Below, piece after piece: positions 9,361 through 19,051 of a stretch of DNA of 64,000 nt. The stretch comes from a bacterium (GTDB lineage Bacteria; Patescibacteriota; Minisyncoccia; Phycocordibacterales; Phycocordibacteraceae), in the NCBI GenBank assembly GCA_021849125.1, contig JAJZTG010000001.1, positions 18,392-82,391 on the forward strand, in the 5' to 3' direction. The translations under genes and the position numbers were made by a program. The stretch's first letter is position 1. Every line of letters begins with the position of its first letter. The notes under the pieces were generated by a model that ran no database searches, was not told the DNA's origin, and saw only the letters and a program-made list of their open reading frames with translations.

Positions 9361-9765
9361 TTGAAAAAGTCGAAAACTGAAGCGCTGAAAGAGGCTGGTC
9401 GCTATTTCTTCCATTTGGTTACTCGGTGTATGTACTCAAGTCGGTCGCCGATCTACCTGGAAGCCCCTCTCTTTCTCGGGAAACACACCTTCGTGATGCT
9501 CGTTATCCCAACGGATAACTTAACTCTCAAGATGGTGCACGACCTGTGCATGGAGGTGGGTACAAGGACGCACGATCCGGTGGTGGAACATGACCGCCTG
9601 ATTCTGCCGATCGTCTTGCAAACAGATACTGCTGCCGATTTTCGCACGAAGGCGAAAGAGACACTCGCCTGGGCAGAAGAACGGTTCAAACATCAAGCGA
9701 TCCTTCGACAGCATCATCGTGGCTTGCACGATCTGCGCCGCGAATTCGGCATCGTCTCTGCATGA
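9361..9765 (+). CDS. hypothetical protein (lower GC, TTG start with strong SD)
   Basis: aaggagtctcc precedes TTG 9361. The local GC is clearly below the flanking rps genes. It is bracketed by terminators and has no recognisable family motifs. Confidence 0.5.
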   Translation: MKKSKTEALKEAGRYFFHLVTRCMYSSRSPIYLEAPLFLGKHTFVMLVIPTDNLTLKMVHDLCMEVGTRTHDPVVEHDRLILPIVLQTDTAADFRTKAKETLAWAEERFKHQAILRQHHRGLHDLRREFGIVSA

Positions 9766-9782
9766 TGCTAAGAATGGAATTA

Positions 9783-9846
9783 GGCCGCTCACCTCGGGCG
9801 GCTTTTTTGTTTTTAAATAAAAGCAGGACAGCGTACGCTGTCCTGC
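9783..9846. terminator. pair of convergent terminator hairpins (gccgc..gcggc+T6; gcaggacagc gtac gctgtcctgc)
   Basis: First hairpin followed by tttttt on + strand; second perfect 10-bp stem followed by T-run on the minus strand, terminating the CPBP gene. Confidence 0.6.
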
Positions 9847-9857
9847 TGAGCTGCGAC

Positions 9858-10424
9858 TTAAAAAAGTCTCAGATAAAGCACGGCGTCGATAAGGAGATGC
9901 GTTAATATCACCATACCTATCGCTCGGAAGAACCTCATGCGCATCCCGCCACATTTTAAAAACACAAGGCAAAGAATCAAACCCCCGACTCCCTGAAGAG
10001 GGATGTTGAGGAGGCCGCCGTGCATATAACCGAAGTGTGCCGATGAAATGAACACCGCAGGAGATATAAAGAAACGCAGTCCGAAGAATATAGGGGCGGT
10101 CAATGGCAAGAATCGCCAGTACAACTCCTCATTCACGATGATGGGGACTACCTGCGAAATGAATTGCTGTGATGACAAGGCCCAGATATCTACAACCCCT
10201 TCTCGTGGTAAATAAACATCAAATGCGCTGTAGACATAAGGGCCGCCAAACAGCAAGATTAGGCTTGCACAACACGCTAAGGCGACGTATCGCAACTCCA
10301 TCCCGAACGTTTCTTCTCTCTCAAGCCACGCATGCAGACGTATGAGTGCCATGATGCACCTCCTTTCCTCTTTGTGTGAGATCATGACGCGTATCAGCGT
10401 CTCTGTATCTTTGGTACCTCCCAA
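9858..10424 (-). CDS. CPBP family intramembrane metalloprotease (CAAX protease/Abi-like)
   Basis: Multi-TM protein with the three CPBP motifs: EELYWRF (EExxxR), FGYMHG (FxxxH) and HLLIDAV (HxxxN/D). True start may be the internal Met at about 10352 (MALIRLH). Confidence 0.7.
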   Translation of the reverse strand: MGGTKDTETLIRVMISHKEERRCIMALIRLHAWLEREETFGMELRYVALACCASLILLFGGPYVYSAFDVYLPREGVVDIWALSSQQFISQVVPIIVNEELYWRFLPLTAPIFFGLRFFISPAVFISSAHFGYMHGGLLNIPLQGVGGLILCLVFLKCGGMRMRFFRAIGMVILTHLLIDAVLYLRLF

Positions 10425-10450
10425 GACCTAGACTGTCAATCTCCAACCAG

Positions 10451-11149
10451 ATGGACTTCTTATTTTGCTACAATCTGCCCATGGAATTCATTCACTCCGA
10501 AGATGGGAAGGACGGGGCGATCGCGATGGGCGACGAGCTCGCCGAGGCACTCAAGAAGGGGAGCGTGACGTGGCTTGTCTGCGGCGGGTCGAGCATCGCG
10601 CTTGCGGTCATTGCCATGCGCCACTTGCGCGAAAAGACGAGTGAAGAGGATCTCGCGCGCCTCACCGTCGGCCTTACCGACGAACGCTACGGCGACGTGG
10701 GGCACAAGGATTCCAACTGGCAGCAGCTTCTGGACGCAGGATTTGATACAGCCGGCGTAGACGTGATTCCGACCCTCATCGGCGCACCTCTTGCAGAGAC
10801 CGTGACGGCCTATGCCGAGAAACTCGATCGAGCGCTCGACGCCGACACGGTTATCGTGCAGTTCGGCATCGGGGCAGACGGTCACATCGCCGGTATCTTG
10901 CCTGGCTCATCGGCTGTGACTGCTGCCGAGCTCGTCGCTGGCTACGAAGCAGGCCCGTATACCCGGATCACCATGACTCCGCCCGCATTCGACCGCGTCG
11001 ATATCGCATACGCCTTCGTCTTTGGCGAATCAAAACGCGAAGCGGTCGAGAAGCTCCGCACGCAGGATCTGTCCATCTCCGATATGCCGAGCCAGCTTCT
11101 GAAACAAATTCCCGCAAAATCTATACATACTGACGTCTATTGCAGATAG
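10451..11149 (+). CDS. pgl: 6-phosphogluconolactonase / glucosamine-6-P isomerase family protein
   Basis: GIGADGHIAGILPGS matches the 6PGL signature (GxGxDGHxASLFPG). Start may be the Met at 10481. Confidence 0.65.
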   Translation: MDFLFCYNLPMEFIHSEDGKDGAIAMGDELAEALKKGSVTWLVCGGSSIALAVIAMRHLREKTSEEDLARLTVGLTDERYGDVGHKDSNWQQLLDAGFDTAGVDVIPTLIGAPLAETVTAYAEKLDRALDADTVIVQFGIGADGHIAGILPGSSAVTAAELVAGYEAGPYTRITMTPPAFDRVDIAYAFVFGESKREAVEKLRTQDLSISDMPSQLLKQIPAKSIHTDVYCR

Positions 11150-11180
11150 ACTCAAGACAAGTATTATTCACCTGTAATCC

Positions 11181-11837
11181 ATGACGTTCACTCATATCAT
11201 AGAAATCTCTGCAAATATCGCTCAGATCGTACTCGTTATAGGACTCTATGTTGCCTGGAAACAACTTTTTACTGCCATTAACGATATAGACATTCGTTCA
11301 AAACGAGAGGCAGGAACCCTTGCTATCAAAGAGGCTGAACGATTCGCGGAAGAAATTATTCCTCTCTATACAGAGCTCAATAAAAAAATCGGGGGGTTCC
11401 AACCAACTTCCCAAAGACTCGATCGGTTCGTCTTTTCAGAAATAGAACCCGTTAATGTTCAGAAATATAAAAACAGCATAGAACGCTTAGTGAAAGCTCC
11501 CGAGGTATACGAACGACTCGTAACGCTTACTAATAGAATAGACAGTATCGCTATCTATTTTACCAAAGGTATTGCGGACGAAGCGATAGTATTTGAATCA
11601 ATTGGACACGTATATTGCGAGATTATCGAGGAACTCTACTCCTTTTATTGCCACTATCGCAAAAATACTGAAGAGATCTTGCCATACGAAAATACTTTGC
11701 TCCTCTATCGGATATGGAAAGTGAAATTAGAAAATGTTTCATTAGAAGTAAGTAAAAATCTGCTGGAAGAGCGGTCGCGTGCAATAAAAGATTCGGCCAC
11801 GAAAACCCCTCCCGTTAAACCTATAGGAACTCGTTAG
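11181..11837 (+). CDS. hypothetical membrane-anchored protein (low-GC insert upstream of grpE)
   Basis: AT-rich ORF (about 40% GC) with one N-terminal TM helix (IAQIVLVIGLYVAW) and a helical cytoplasmic domain of about 190 aa. No SD. Unrelated to HrcA, which normally occupies this position. Confidence 0.5.
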   Translation: MTFTHIIEISANIAQIVLVIGLYVAWKQLFTAINDIDIRSKREAGTLAIKEAERFAEEIIPLYTELNKKIGGFQPTSQRLDRFVFSEIEPVNVQKYKNSIERLVKAPEVYERLVTLTNRIDSIAIYFTKGIADEAIVFESIGHVYCEIIEELYSFYCHYRKNTEEILPYENTLLLYRIWKVKLENVSLEVSKNLLEERSRAIKDSATKTPPVKPIGTR

Positions 11838-11879
11838 GGAAGTTTTGACTCCGCTCGTCATTTCGGGCATTATGGACCT

Positions 11880-12428
11880 ATGAAGGAATGGCACGGAGAC
11901 GATATTGACCCGGAGGACATCGTCCTCGAAGCAGAAAATAACGAACCGCCCAAAGGGGGCGATTGCGAGAAGAAAGTAGAGAAGCTGAAAGCCGAGCTCG
12001 AAGCGACAAAAGCCGAGAGCCGGGAAAATCTCGACGGTTGGCAGCGCGCGAAAGCCGACTACGTAAACCTCCTGAAGCGCTTCGACGACGAGTCGAAAGC
12101 AGCGAAAGAGAAAGGGAAGGTGAAGGCGGTCGAAGCGCTTCTTCCGGCCTTCGATGCGCTTGAGCGCGCGAAGGAACACGGCGAGATTCCAGAAGGGTTT
12201 GCAGCGATCGCGAAGCAACTCGAAAGCGCTTTTGCAGAACTCGGTCTCACGGAGGTCGGTGCAGAGGGGGAGAATTTCGATCCGATGTACCACGAGGCCT
12301 ACGGTCAGGACACGGTCACCTCTCCAGAAAAGGACGGTATGGTGACCGCGATCCTCGAGAAGGGTTGGAAGATAGGCGACGCGGTTGTCCGTCCGGCAAA
12401 GGTGCGTGTGGGCCATTATCAGGCATAG
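11880..12428 (+). CDS. grpE: nucleotide exchange factor GrpE
   Basis: coiled-coil N-term then GWQRAKADYVNLLKRFDDE ... DPMYHEAYGQ...GWKIGDAVVRPAKVRV canonical GrpE. Confidence 0.9.
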   Translation: MKEWHGDDIDPEDIVLEAENNEPPKGGDCEKKVEKLKAELEATKAESRENLDGWQRAKADYVNLLKRFDDESKAAKEKGKVKAVEALLPAFDALERAKEHGEIPEGFAAIAKQLESAFAELGLTEVGAEGENFDPMYHEAYGQDTVTSPEKDGMVTAILEKGWKIGDAVVRPAKVRVGHYQA

Positions 12429-12485
12429 TTGCAGCGCTCCGAGCGATTCCGTAAAATATCAACTGGCTTAACTTTTTTATTACCT

Positions 12486-14384
12486 ATGGCAAAAATTCTT
12501 GGTATCGATTTGGGAACGACTAACTCGGCGATGGCGATCGTCGAAGGCGGCGAGCCGCGCGTTCTTGAGAACGCTGAGGGTGCACGCACGACTCCTTCGA
12601 TCGTCGCGGTCGGCAAGAACGGCGAGCGCATCGTCGGTACGCTTGCGAAGCGCCAGTCGGTGACGAATCCGCTCAACACGATCTACCAGATCAAGCGCTT
12701 CATCGGCCACAGCTTCGATGAGCCGGAAGTCCAGAAGGACAAGGCGGCGGTCCCGTTTGAGATGCGTAAGGCTGACAACGGCGGCATCGAGGTGAAGATG
12801 GGCGAGAACTGGTACCGCCCGGAGAAGGTCTCCGCGATGATCCTCGGCAAGCTCAAGGCCGACGCGGAAGCGAAGCTCGGCGAGAAGATCACCGAGGCGG
12901 TCATCACCGTACCGGCATACTTCAACGACGACCAGCGCAGCGCCACGAAGGCTGCCGGCCAGATCGCCGGTCTCGACGTGAAGCGCATCATCAACGAGCC
13001 GACGGCTGCTGCACTCGCGTACGGTTTCAATAAGAAGAAGGATGAGAAGATCGCGGTCTTCGACTTCGGTGGCGGCACCTTCGATATCTCGATCCTCGAG
13101 GTGGGCGATGACGTCATCGAGGTGAAGTCCACCGATGGCGACGCGCACTTGGGCGGCAAGGATATCGATCAGAAGATCATCACCTGGCTCGCCGGTGAAT
13201 TCAAAAAGGAGAGTGGCATCGATGTGCTCACCGACGCGCTCGCGCGCCAGCGCCTCGACGAGGCAGCCGAGAAGGCAAAGATCGAGCTCTCGAGCGCGAT
13301 GGAAACGGAGGTCAACATCCCGTTCCTCACCTCGGACGCTTCCGGTCCGCGCCACCTCCTCGTGAAGATGACCCGCGCCCAGCTCGAAGACCTCGCAAGC
13401 GAGTATGTGGATCGTGCGCTCGACATCACCAAACGCGCGATGGAAGCCTCACCCTTCAAGGTCGGTGACATCAACGAGGTGATCCTCGTGGGCGGACAGA
13501 CCCGCATGCCAGCAATCCAAGCTGCGGTAGAGAAGTTCTTCGGTAAGAAGCCGAACATGAGCGTAAACCCGGACGAGGTCGTTGCCATGGGTGCCGCGAT
13601 TCAGGCAGGTATCCTTCAGGGCGATGTGAAGGATATCCTCCTCGTCGACGTAATTCCGCTCTCGCTTGCTATCGAAACCATGGGCGGTGTCGCGACGAAG
13701 CTCATCGAACGCAATACCGCGATCCCTACGAGCCGCTCGCAGACTTTCTCGACGGCCGCAGACAACCAGTCGTCGGTCGAGATCCACGTCACTCAGGGCG
13801 AGCGTGCCATGAGCGCCGACAACAAGTCCTTGGGCAAGTTCATGCTCGACGGCATCCCGCCGGCACCGCGTGGCATGCCGCAGGTCGAGGTCACCTTCGA
13901 CGTCGATGCCTCCGGCATCCTCACTGTGAAGGCCAAGGAAAAGACGACTGGCAAGGAGCAGTCGATCCGTATCGAGGGCTCGACTGGCCTCTCGAAGGAA
14001 GACATCGAAAAGATGAAGGCTGACGCAGAAGCGCACTCGGCAGACGACGAGAAGCGCAAAGCGCTCGTCGAGGCACGCAACAATGCCGACCAGGCGATCT
14101 ACGCTTCCGAAAAGGCGATCAAGGATAACGGCGAGAAGGCTGGTGCCGAGGTCGTGAAGGAAGTCGAAGACAAGGTCGCGGCACTGAAGACGGTAAAGGA
14201 TGGTCAGGACCTTGCCGCTATCAAGACTGCCACCGACGAACTCTCGAGCGCGCTCTCGAAGATCGGCGAGGCGATGATGAAGAACGCCCCCGCAGAAGGG
14301 CAGACCCCTCCGGCCGAAGGAGGCGATCAGACTCCGCCGGAAGCCGGTCCTACCGACGCCGAATTCAAAGAAAAACCAGAATAG
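12486..14384 (+). CDS. dnaK: molecular chaperone DnaK (Hsp70)
   Basis: [22 protein letters not shown]..., [12 protein letters not shown] and the full substrate-binding domain. The ORF track's upstream extension from 12429 is rejected. Confidence 0.95.
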   Translation: MAKILGIDLGTTNSAMAIVEGGEPRVLENAEGARTTPSIVAVGKNGERIVGTLAKRQSVTNPLNTIYQIKRFIGHSFDEPEVQKDKAAVPFEMRKADNGGIEVKMGENWYRPEKVSAMILGKLKADAEAKLGEKITEAVITVPAYFNDDQRSATKAAGQIAGLDVKRIINEPTAAALAYGFNKKKDEKIAVFDFGGGTFDISILEVGDDVIEVKSTDGDAHLGGKDIDQKIITWLAGEFKKESGIDVLTDALARQRLDEAAEKAKIELSSAMETEVNIPFLTSDASGPRHLLVKMTRAQLEDLASEYVDRALDITKRAMEASPFKVGDINEVILVGGQTRMPAIQAAVEKFFGKKPNMSVNPDEVVAMGAAIQAGILQGDVKDILLVDVIPLSLAIETMGGVATKLIERNTAIPTSRSQTFSTAADNQSSVEIHVTQGERAMSADNKSLGKFMLDGIPPAPRGMPQVEVTFDVDASGILTVKAKEKTTGKEQSIRIEGSTGLSKEDIEKMKADAEAHSADDEKRKALVEARNNADQAIYASEKAIKDNGEKAGAEVVKEVEDKVAALKTVKDGQDLAAIKTATDELSSALSKIGEAMMKNAPAEGQTPPAEGGDQTPPEAGPTDAEFKEKPE

Positions 14385-14392
14385 ATTCAAAC

Positions 14393-14420
14393 AAAACTCG
14401 CGGAGAAACCGCGAGTTTTG
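14393..14420 (+). terminator. terminator after dnaK
   Basis: aaaactcgcgg agaaa ccgcgagtttt perfect hairpin with T-run. Confidence 0.7.
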
Positions 14421-14511
14421 CTATACGACAAGCATGGTTGCTTCAAGTGGAGTTCATGCTAGTCTGCATGACAGCATCACTCTGTACAATCCAACGAACG
14501 AAGGAGGAGTT

Positions 14512-14724
14512 ATGAACGGACATCAAAGCGAAGAGAGCATGTACCACTTCGAGTACATCTTGGACGGTTCAAAACCCACTGGCCACGTTAGCGCCAAAAA
14601 TGACGAAGAAGCCTACGCCCATATCAAGGCTTTCCTTGAGAAGCACCCCGGGGGCACTTACGTGAAGGGTAGCCTCCTGTGTCTCGGAAAGGCGCGCCCT
14701 GTGGCCGATCCTCCTGGACTCTGA
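14512..14724 (+). CDS. small hypothetical protein inserted between dnaK and dnaJ
   Basis: gaaggaggag SD 4 nt before ATG 14512; about 70 aa (MNGHQSEESMYHFEYILDGSKPTGH...); followed by its own terminator at about 14737-14770. Confidence 0.45.
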   Translation: MNGHQSEESMYHFEYILDGSKPTGHVSAKNDEEAYAHIKAFLEKHPGGTYVKGSLLCLGKARPVADPPGL

Positions 14725-14847
14725 CCAGTCCTGAAACGACACGGCGCGACTCACCAGTCGCGCCGTTTTCCATATAGGAACTCATTGTCTTTTTACAATA
14801 TACATGTCATAATATTTCCAGTTTAATCAGACCTTTGGAGAGTTTAA

Positions 14848-15171
14848 TTGATAGCGAAAAAGAAAATACTGGTCCTGTTGTTGGTTGGTACAGCCCTTCT
14901 CGCTGCAGTATCGGTTGGACATACCTGGCGTGACCACGATCGCGGCATCGCGGCAAAACTACGCGCCAAAGAGTGTGCAGACTCCCGGACCGGTCTTTGC
15001 GTCGGTGGACATGTCTTCAATTACCAAGATTCCAGCTGGAAAAAGATAAGCGTCTGCAACGACCAGTGTGCATCGGATCAAGTTGATATCAGTGAGGTGT
15101 CATCATGGGCAGATTCGTCGCCCTCCGAACTTAAGAACATCAAGATAGTGCGTCCGAGAGAATCTTTATAG
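14848..15171 (+). CDS. small secreted/membrane-anchored Cys-containing hypothetical protein
   Basis: TTG start preceded by ggagag. N-terminal signal/TM segment (ILVLLLVGTALLAAVSVG) and 5 Cys in the mature part. Followed by the terminator aaagcggcctcggccgctttt (about 15185-15212). Confidence 0.45.
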   Translation: MIAKKKILVLLLVGTALLAAVSVGHTWRDHDRGIAAKLRAKECADSRTGLCVGGHVFNYQDSSWKKISVCNDQCASDQVDISEVSSWADSSPSELKNIKIVRPRESL

Positions 15172-15242
15172 TCCCACTCCTCAAAGCGGCCTCGGCCGCT
15201 TTTCATTTTGCATACGAAAAACAGAGAGCGTATAGTATGCTC

Positions 15243-16316
15243 ATGGCGAAAGACTACTACCAGATCCTCGGCGTCGATAAGAAGGCGAGCCAGGACGACA
15301 TCAAGAAGGCGTTCCGTAAGCTCGCACACAAGCACCATCCGGATAAGGGCGGCGATGATGCAACCTTCAAAGAAGTGACCGAAGCCTACGCGATCTTGGG
15401 TGACGAGAAGAAGCGTCGCGAGTACGACACCTACGGGCAGTCCTTCCCGGGTGGCGGTGCAGGTCCGCAAGGCAATCCGTTCGGCGGCTTCGACTTCTCG
15501 CAGTTCCAGCAGGGCTTCGGGCAAGGCGGCGTCCAGTTCGACTTCGGAGATCTCTTCGGTGATATGTTCGGTGGCGGTGCAGCACGCACGCCGCGCGGAC
15601 GCGACATCTCGATCGACCTTGAAATCCCGTTCAAGGATGCCGCCTTCGGTACCGAGCGCACGGTCCTTCTCGCGAAAGTATCTACCTGTGACCTCTGTAT
15701 GGGGAGCGGTGCAAAACCCGGTACCGAACTCGAGACCTGTAAGACTTGTAACGGCAGCGGCCAGGTGCACGAGGTACGAAACTCGATCCTCGGCCAATTC
15801 GCGAGCGTCCGGCCGTGTACCGCCTGCGACGGCAGCGGCAAGATCCCGAAGGAGAAATGTCCGACCTGCAAAGGGCACGGCGTGCTACGTAAGGAAGAGG
15901 AGATCAAGATCTCGATCCCGGCCGGCATCGACAACGGCGAGATGATCCGCATGCCGCGCCAAGGCGAGGCGGTCAAAAACGGCGTAGCCGGTGACCTCTA
16001 CGTAAAGGTGCATGTGAAGCCGCACGCAATCTTCAAGCGTGAAGGCGCGAACCTTGTCATGGACCTGCCAGTGAAGCTCACTGATGCGCTTCTTGGTACC
16101 ACCGTCTCCATCGAAACTTTGGAAGGGAAGACGCTTGAAGTGAAGATCCCGGTCATGAAGCGTGCGGAAGAACTTCTTCGGGTGCGTAGCAAAGGCATCC
16201 CGACAGGTGGCAGCTCTCGCGGCGATCTCATCATCCGCCTTGAGGTAGCGCTCCCGCAGAAGCTCTCAGGCAAGGCCAAAAAGTCTGTTGACGAGTTGAA
16301 AGCGGAGGGTCTCTAG
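15243..16316 (+). CDS. dnaJ: molecular chaperone DnaJ
   Basis: J domain (DYYQILGV...HPDK), Gly/Phe region and four CxxCxGxG zinc-finger repeats. Confidence 0.93.
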   Translation: MAKDYYQILGVDKKASQDDIKKAFRKLAHKHHPDKGGDDATFKEVTEAYAILGDEKKRREYDTYGQSFPGGGAGPQGNPFGGFDFSQFQQGFGQGGVQFDFGDLFGDMFGGGAARTPRGRDISIDLEIPFKDAAFGTERTVLLAKVSTCDLCMGSGAKPGTELETCKTCNGSGQVHEVRNSILGQFASVRPCTACDGSGKIPKEKCPTCKGHGVLRKEEEIKISIPAGIDNGEMIRMPRQGEAVKNGVAGDLYVKVHVKPHAIFKREGANLVMDLPVKLTDALLGTTVSIETLEGKTLEVKIPVMKRAEELLRVRSKGIPTGGSSRGDLIIRLEVALPQKLSGKAKKSVDELKAEGL

Positions 16317-16317
16317 G

Positions 16318-16854
16318 GTGTACAATAGCGACATGACCGCAGCAGACGGTATCGCCCAGGTAAATACGCTCGCGACCCATACGGCGCTCACTATCTGGAG
16401 CGGAATGAGCGACTTCCTCATCGTCCTCGTGCTCGTCGCTGTCTTCTTCCTCTTTGCCTGGTACGTGGGCAGGGGGCCGTTCGTTGCCGTCCTGCTCGCT
16501 TTTTATGCCGCCTACGCCCTCTACGCCGTTTTCCCGTATATGGCGTACTTGCCGACCGCACCGGCCCTGACTGCGCTTGGCGCCCATATCGGCCTCTATC
16601 TCGCCCTCACGCTCGCGTTCTATATCATCCTCCGGCGCGTGGTCGTCTCTGACTTCCTCTATGTGGGCATCTTCGGTCTCATAGCGCTTTCATTCTTAGG
16701 CGCGGCCTTCCTCCTCGCGCTTGCGTTCCACGTCTTCCCGGTCTCGTCCGTCTACACCTTCACCCCAGCAGTGACACTCCTCTTTGCCCCAGACTCCTAC
16801 TTCTGGTGGTGGTTCGTCGCTCCTGCCATCGGCCTCTTCTTCCTCGCTCGCTAG
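16318..16854 (+). CDS. polytopic membrane protein (hypothetical)
   Basis: About 5 hydrophobic helices, Ala/Leu/Phe rich; abuts dnaJ; no recognisable family motif. Confidence 0.45.
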   Translation: MYNSDMTAADGIAQVNTLATHTALTIWSGMSDFLIVLVLVAVFFLFAWYVGRGPFVAVLLAFYAAYALYAVFPYMAYLPTAPALTALGAHIGLYLALTLAFYIILRRVVVSDFLYVGIFGLIALSFLGAAFLLALAFHVFPVSSVYTFTPAVTLLFAPDSYFWWWFVAPAIGLFFLAR

Positions 16855-16869
16855 TGGTATAGTTTTCCC

Positions 16870-18126
16870 ATGACCCTCGCAGACGAACTCAAAGGACGCG
16901 GGCTCGTAGAGCACGCGTCCGCCGACGTCGAGAAGATTCTCGAGAAGCCGCGGACCGTCTATCTCGGTATCGACCCGACCGCTGACTCGGCACAGGTAGG
17001 CAACCTCGCTGTCCTCCTTCTCATGAAGCGCCTCTCGGACGCAGGCCATAAGCTCGTCTTCCTCGTGGGTGGCGCGACGGGCATGATCGGCGACCCGAAA
17101 GAGAAAGGGGAGCGCTCACTCCTCGACGAAAAGACGCTTGCAAAGAACACGCGCGCTATCAAGACTCAGCTGAAGAGCCTTCTTGGCAACAAGGTGCGCT
17201 TTATGATGGTCGACAACGCTGACTGGCTCACTCGTGTAAAACTCATCCCGTTCCTTCGCGATATCGGCAAGCACTTCACGGTCAATGAGCTCGTGAAGCG
17301 CGAGATCATCAAGAAGCGTCTTGAGACGCCGGATGAGAGCATTTCCTACACCGAATTCACCTACGCGCTTCTCCAGGGTCTCGATTATCTGACGCTCAAC
17401 GAAAAATACGGCGTCGACCTGCAGGTAGGCGGCTCAGATCAGTGGACGAACATCCTCTCGGGTGTCGATCTCGTCCGCAAGAAGAGAGGGCAGGAGGTCT
17501 TCGCGCTTTCGATACCGCTCGTTACTGACGCTTCCGGAAAGAAATTCGGCAAGAGTGAAGGCAATGCCGTCTGGCTCGACCCGAAGAAGACTTCGCCGTT
17601 CCAGTTCTACCAGTTCTGGATCAATCTCCCCGATGACAACCTGGAGACGTATCTCAAAGTCTATACGTTCCTCCCGCTCCCGGAAATCGCGGCGCTCATG
17701 GAACTTCACCGCCGTAATCCAGGCGAGCGCCAGGCTCAGGAGACGCTCGCGCGCCTCGTCACCGAGATCGTCCACGGCCCTGCGGCAGTCGCTCAAGCAG
17801 CAGCAGCTAGCGACGCGCTCTTTGGTCGGATCGCATTTGCCGACCTCTCCCGCGAAGCGCGCGCCGTCGCGCTTGCTGAAGCCCCGTCAGTCACAATTGC
17901 TAAAAAGGATCTCGAGAGCGGCTACTCGCTCGCTGAGGCGCTCGTCACCGGCGGTCTTGCAAGTTCCAAGAATGATGCGCGGCGCCTTATCGAAGGGAAG
18001 GGGGTCTCGCTCTCGGGATTCACGATTGAGAACCCGAATCAGGACCTGCACATGGCCGACCTCCCGGGCGGCTACGCGCTCGTCCGCAAAGGCCGCCAAG
18101 GCGTCCTCATCCTCGTTTTGAAATAA
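16870..18126 (+). CDS. tyrS: tyrosyl-tRNA synthetase
   Basis: Class I Rossmann core with GIDPTADSAQVGNL (HIGH-like) and KFGKSEG (KMSKS), plus a C-terminal S4-like domain. Confidence 0.92.
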   Translation: MTLADELKGRGLVEHASADVEKILEKPRTVYLGIDPTADSAQVGNLAVLLLMKRLSDAGHKLVFLVGGATGMIGDPKEKGERSLLDEKTLAKNTRAIKTQLKSLLGNKVRFMMVDNADWLTRVKLIPFLRDIGKHFTVNELVKREIIKKRLETPDESISYTEFTYALLQGLDYLTLNEKYGVDLQVGGSDQWTNILSGVDLVRKKRGQEVFALSIPLVTDASGKKFGKSEGNAVWLDPKKTSPFQFYQFWINLPDDNLETYLKVYTFLPLPEIAALMELHRRNPGERQAQETLARLVTEIVHGPAAVAQAAAASDALFGRIAFADLSREARAVALAEAPSVTIAKKDLESGYSLAEALVTGGLASSKNDARRLIEGKGVSLSGFTIENPNQDLHMADLPGGYALVRKGRQGVLILVLK

Positions 18127-18128
18127 AA

Positions 18129-18160
18129 ACAACCGGCGATAGGTTCGCCGGTTGCGTTCT
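18129..18160. terminator. bidirectional terminator between tyrS and the minus-strand small gene
   Basis: aaccggcgataggttcgccggtt hairpin flanked by A-run and T-run. Confidence 0.65.
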
Positions 18161-18171
18161 GTTGGACAGGG

Positions 18172-18435
18172 CTAAGGGAGATCTTTGTGTATTTCGTGGA
18201 GCACCTCCTTGGGCATCCGGGCGGTTGCTGCGGCTGCAGCAGACTCCTCCGCGTCGCGTGACAATTGATGCTTCAGGCCTTTAAGGTACCTCAATGCTGC
18301 TTCTTTTCTACGTTGAAACCTCTCGCGCCGTACGACAATACCAATAAGGACCAAAATGCCGGCAATCAATACAACCCACACTACCGGGATGTGGAAGACG
18401 ATTTCGCGGTACATGGTGTGCCTCTCTTTCTGCAC
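18172..18435 (-). CDS. small single-TM membrane protein (hypothetical)
   Basis: IPVVWVVLIAGILVLIGIVV TM helix followed by basic stretch; start uncertain (MYREIV at about 18414 possible). Confidence 0.4.
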   Translation of the reverse strand: MQKERHTMYREIVFHIPVVWVVLIAGILVLIGIVVRRERFQRRKEAALRYLKGLKHQLSRDAEESAAAAATARMPKEVLHEIHKDLP

Positions 18436-18524
18436 TGTTGAATCTGCTGCCAGGATAGCACTTTCCGCCCCACCGGCAATCTGCTACGCTAACCTTGGAC
18501 AACTTAAGTAGAAGGAGTCTGATA

Positions 18525-18713
18525 ATGCCCGAAAAGATTCTCCAAAAGCCCGACGGCACATTCGTACTGCTCGCTGTGCCCAAAGTTGGCATTAACCATG
18601 CCATATCGTGTGCAGAGACACATGCCGCGCATAAAGTACATTACAACGGCACCTGGCCGCAAGGAGTGCCGCCCAAAACGGAGGAATCAAGTATTTGGTC
18701 ACTGTGGCACTAA
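18525..18713 (+). CDS. small hypothetical protein
   Basis: gaaggagtctgataATG: strong SD before ATG 18525; 62 aa. The same aggagtct leader motif precedes the 9361 gene. Confidence 0.4.
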   Translation: MPEKILQKPDGTFVLLAVPKVGINHAISCAETHAAHKVHYNGTWPQGVPPKTEESSIWSLWH

Positions 18714-18726
18714 TCGACCTCGGCCC

Positions 18727-18757
18727 CGCAATATGCGGGGCCGTTTTCATTCCTATC
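18727..18757 (+). terminator. terminator hairpin cggccccgca atat gcggggccg + TTTT
   Basis: perfect 9-bp GC stem followed by T-run. Confidence 0.65.
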
Positions 18758-18782
18758 TCAAACATGATAATATCCTCTTACT

Positions 18783-18866
18783 GCGTCGGTGGCGGAGTGG
18801 TCAATCGCAACAGACTGTAAATCTGTCGGGCATAGCCCTACGAAGGTTCGAATCCTTCCCGGCGCA
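18783..18866 (+). tRNA. tRNA-Tyr (anticodon GTA), type II with long variable arm, CCA not encoded
   Basis: Acceptor stem gcgtcgg/ccggcgc (one G-U). Anticodon arm acaga-ctGTAaa-tctgt is identical to the E. coli tRNA-Tyr arm. Long variable arm; T-arm gaagg-ttcgaat-ccttc. Confidence 0.85.
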
Positions 18867-18908
18867 CAAACGTACAAAGCCCGAAAGGGCTTTGTACGTT
18901 TGTGCGCC
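18861..18908. repeat. perfect 22-bp inverted repeat (stem-loop) overlapping the tRNA-Tyr 3' end
   Basis: ggcgcacaaacgtacaaagccc gaaa gggctttgtacgtttgtgcgcc; left arm starts inside the acceptor stem. Confidence 0.8.
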
Positions 18909-19031
18909 GGAGCAGTGCTGGGAGCACTGCGTGAAGGATTCGAAGACCTTGCGAGCATGTTTTGCGATTTCCTGAAGCAAAACATCCGCAAGGTGTACTG
19001 AAGCTGTAAGCTTCGAAAAATGTAATCATGG

Positions 19032-19048
19032 TCCTTCCCGGCGCACCA
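19032..19048 (+). repeat. direct repeat of the tRNA-Tyr 3' end (tccttcccggcgcac) now followed by CCA
   Basis: Copy of the T-stem 3' half plus acceptor 3' strand. Preceded at 18933-18948 by a T-arm-like fragment gaaggattcgaagacc, with no intact cloverleaf. Confidence 0.6.
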
Positions 19049-19051
19049 GCA

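Noticed and set aside
11150-11880. hrcA or CIRCE element upstream of grpE
   Set aside because: The ORF there has no HrcA similarity and no CIRCE inverted repeat is present.
18904-19048. Possible second (intron-containing or permuted) tRNA between tRNA-Tyr and trpS
   Set aside because: Acceptor-like 5' gcgccgg and 3' ccggcgcacca strands are present, but no arrangement gives D, anticodon and T arms in canonical order. Best explained as fragment duplication rather than a functional tRNA.
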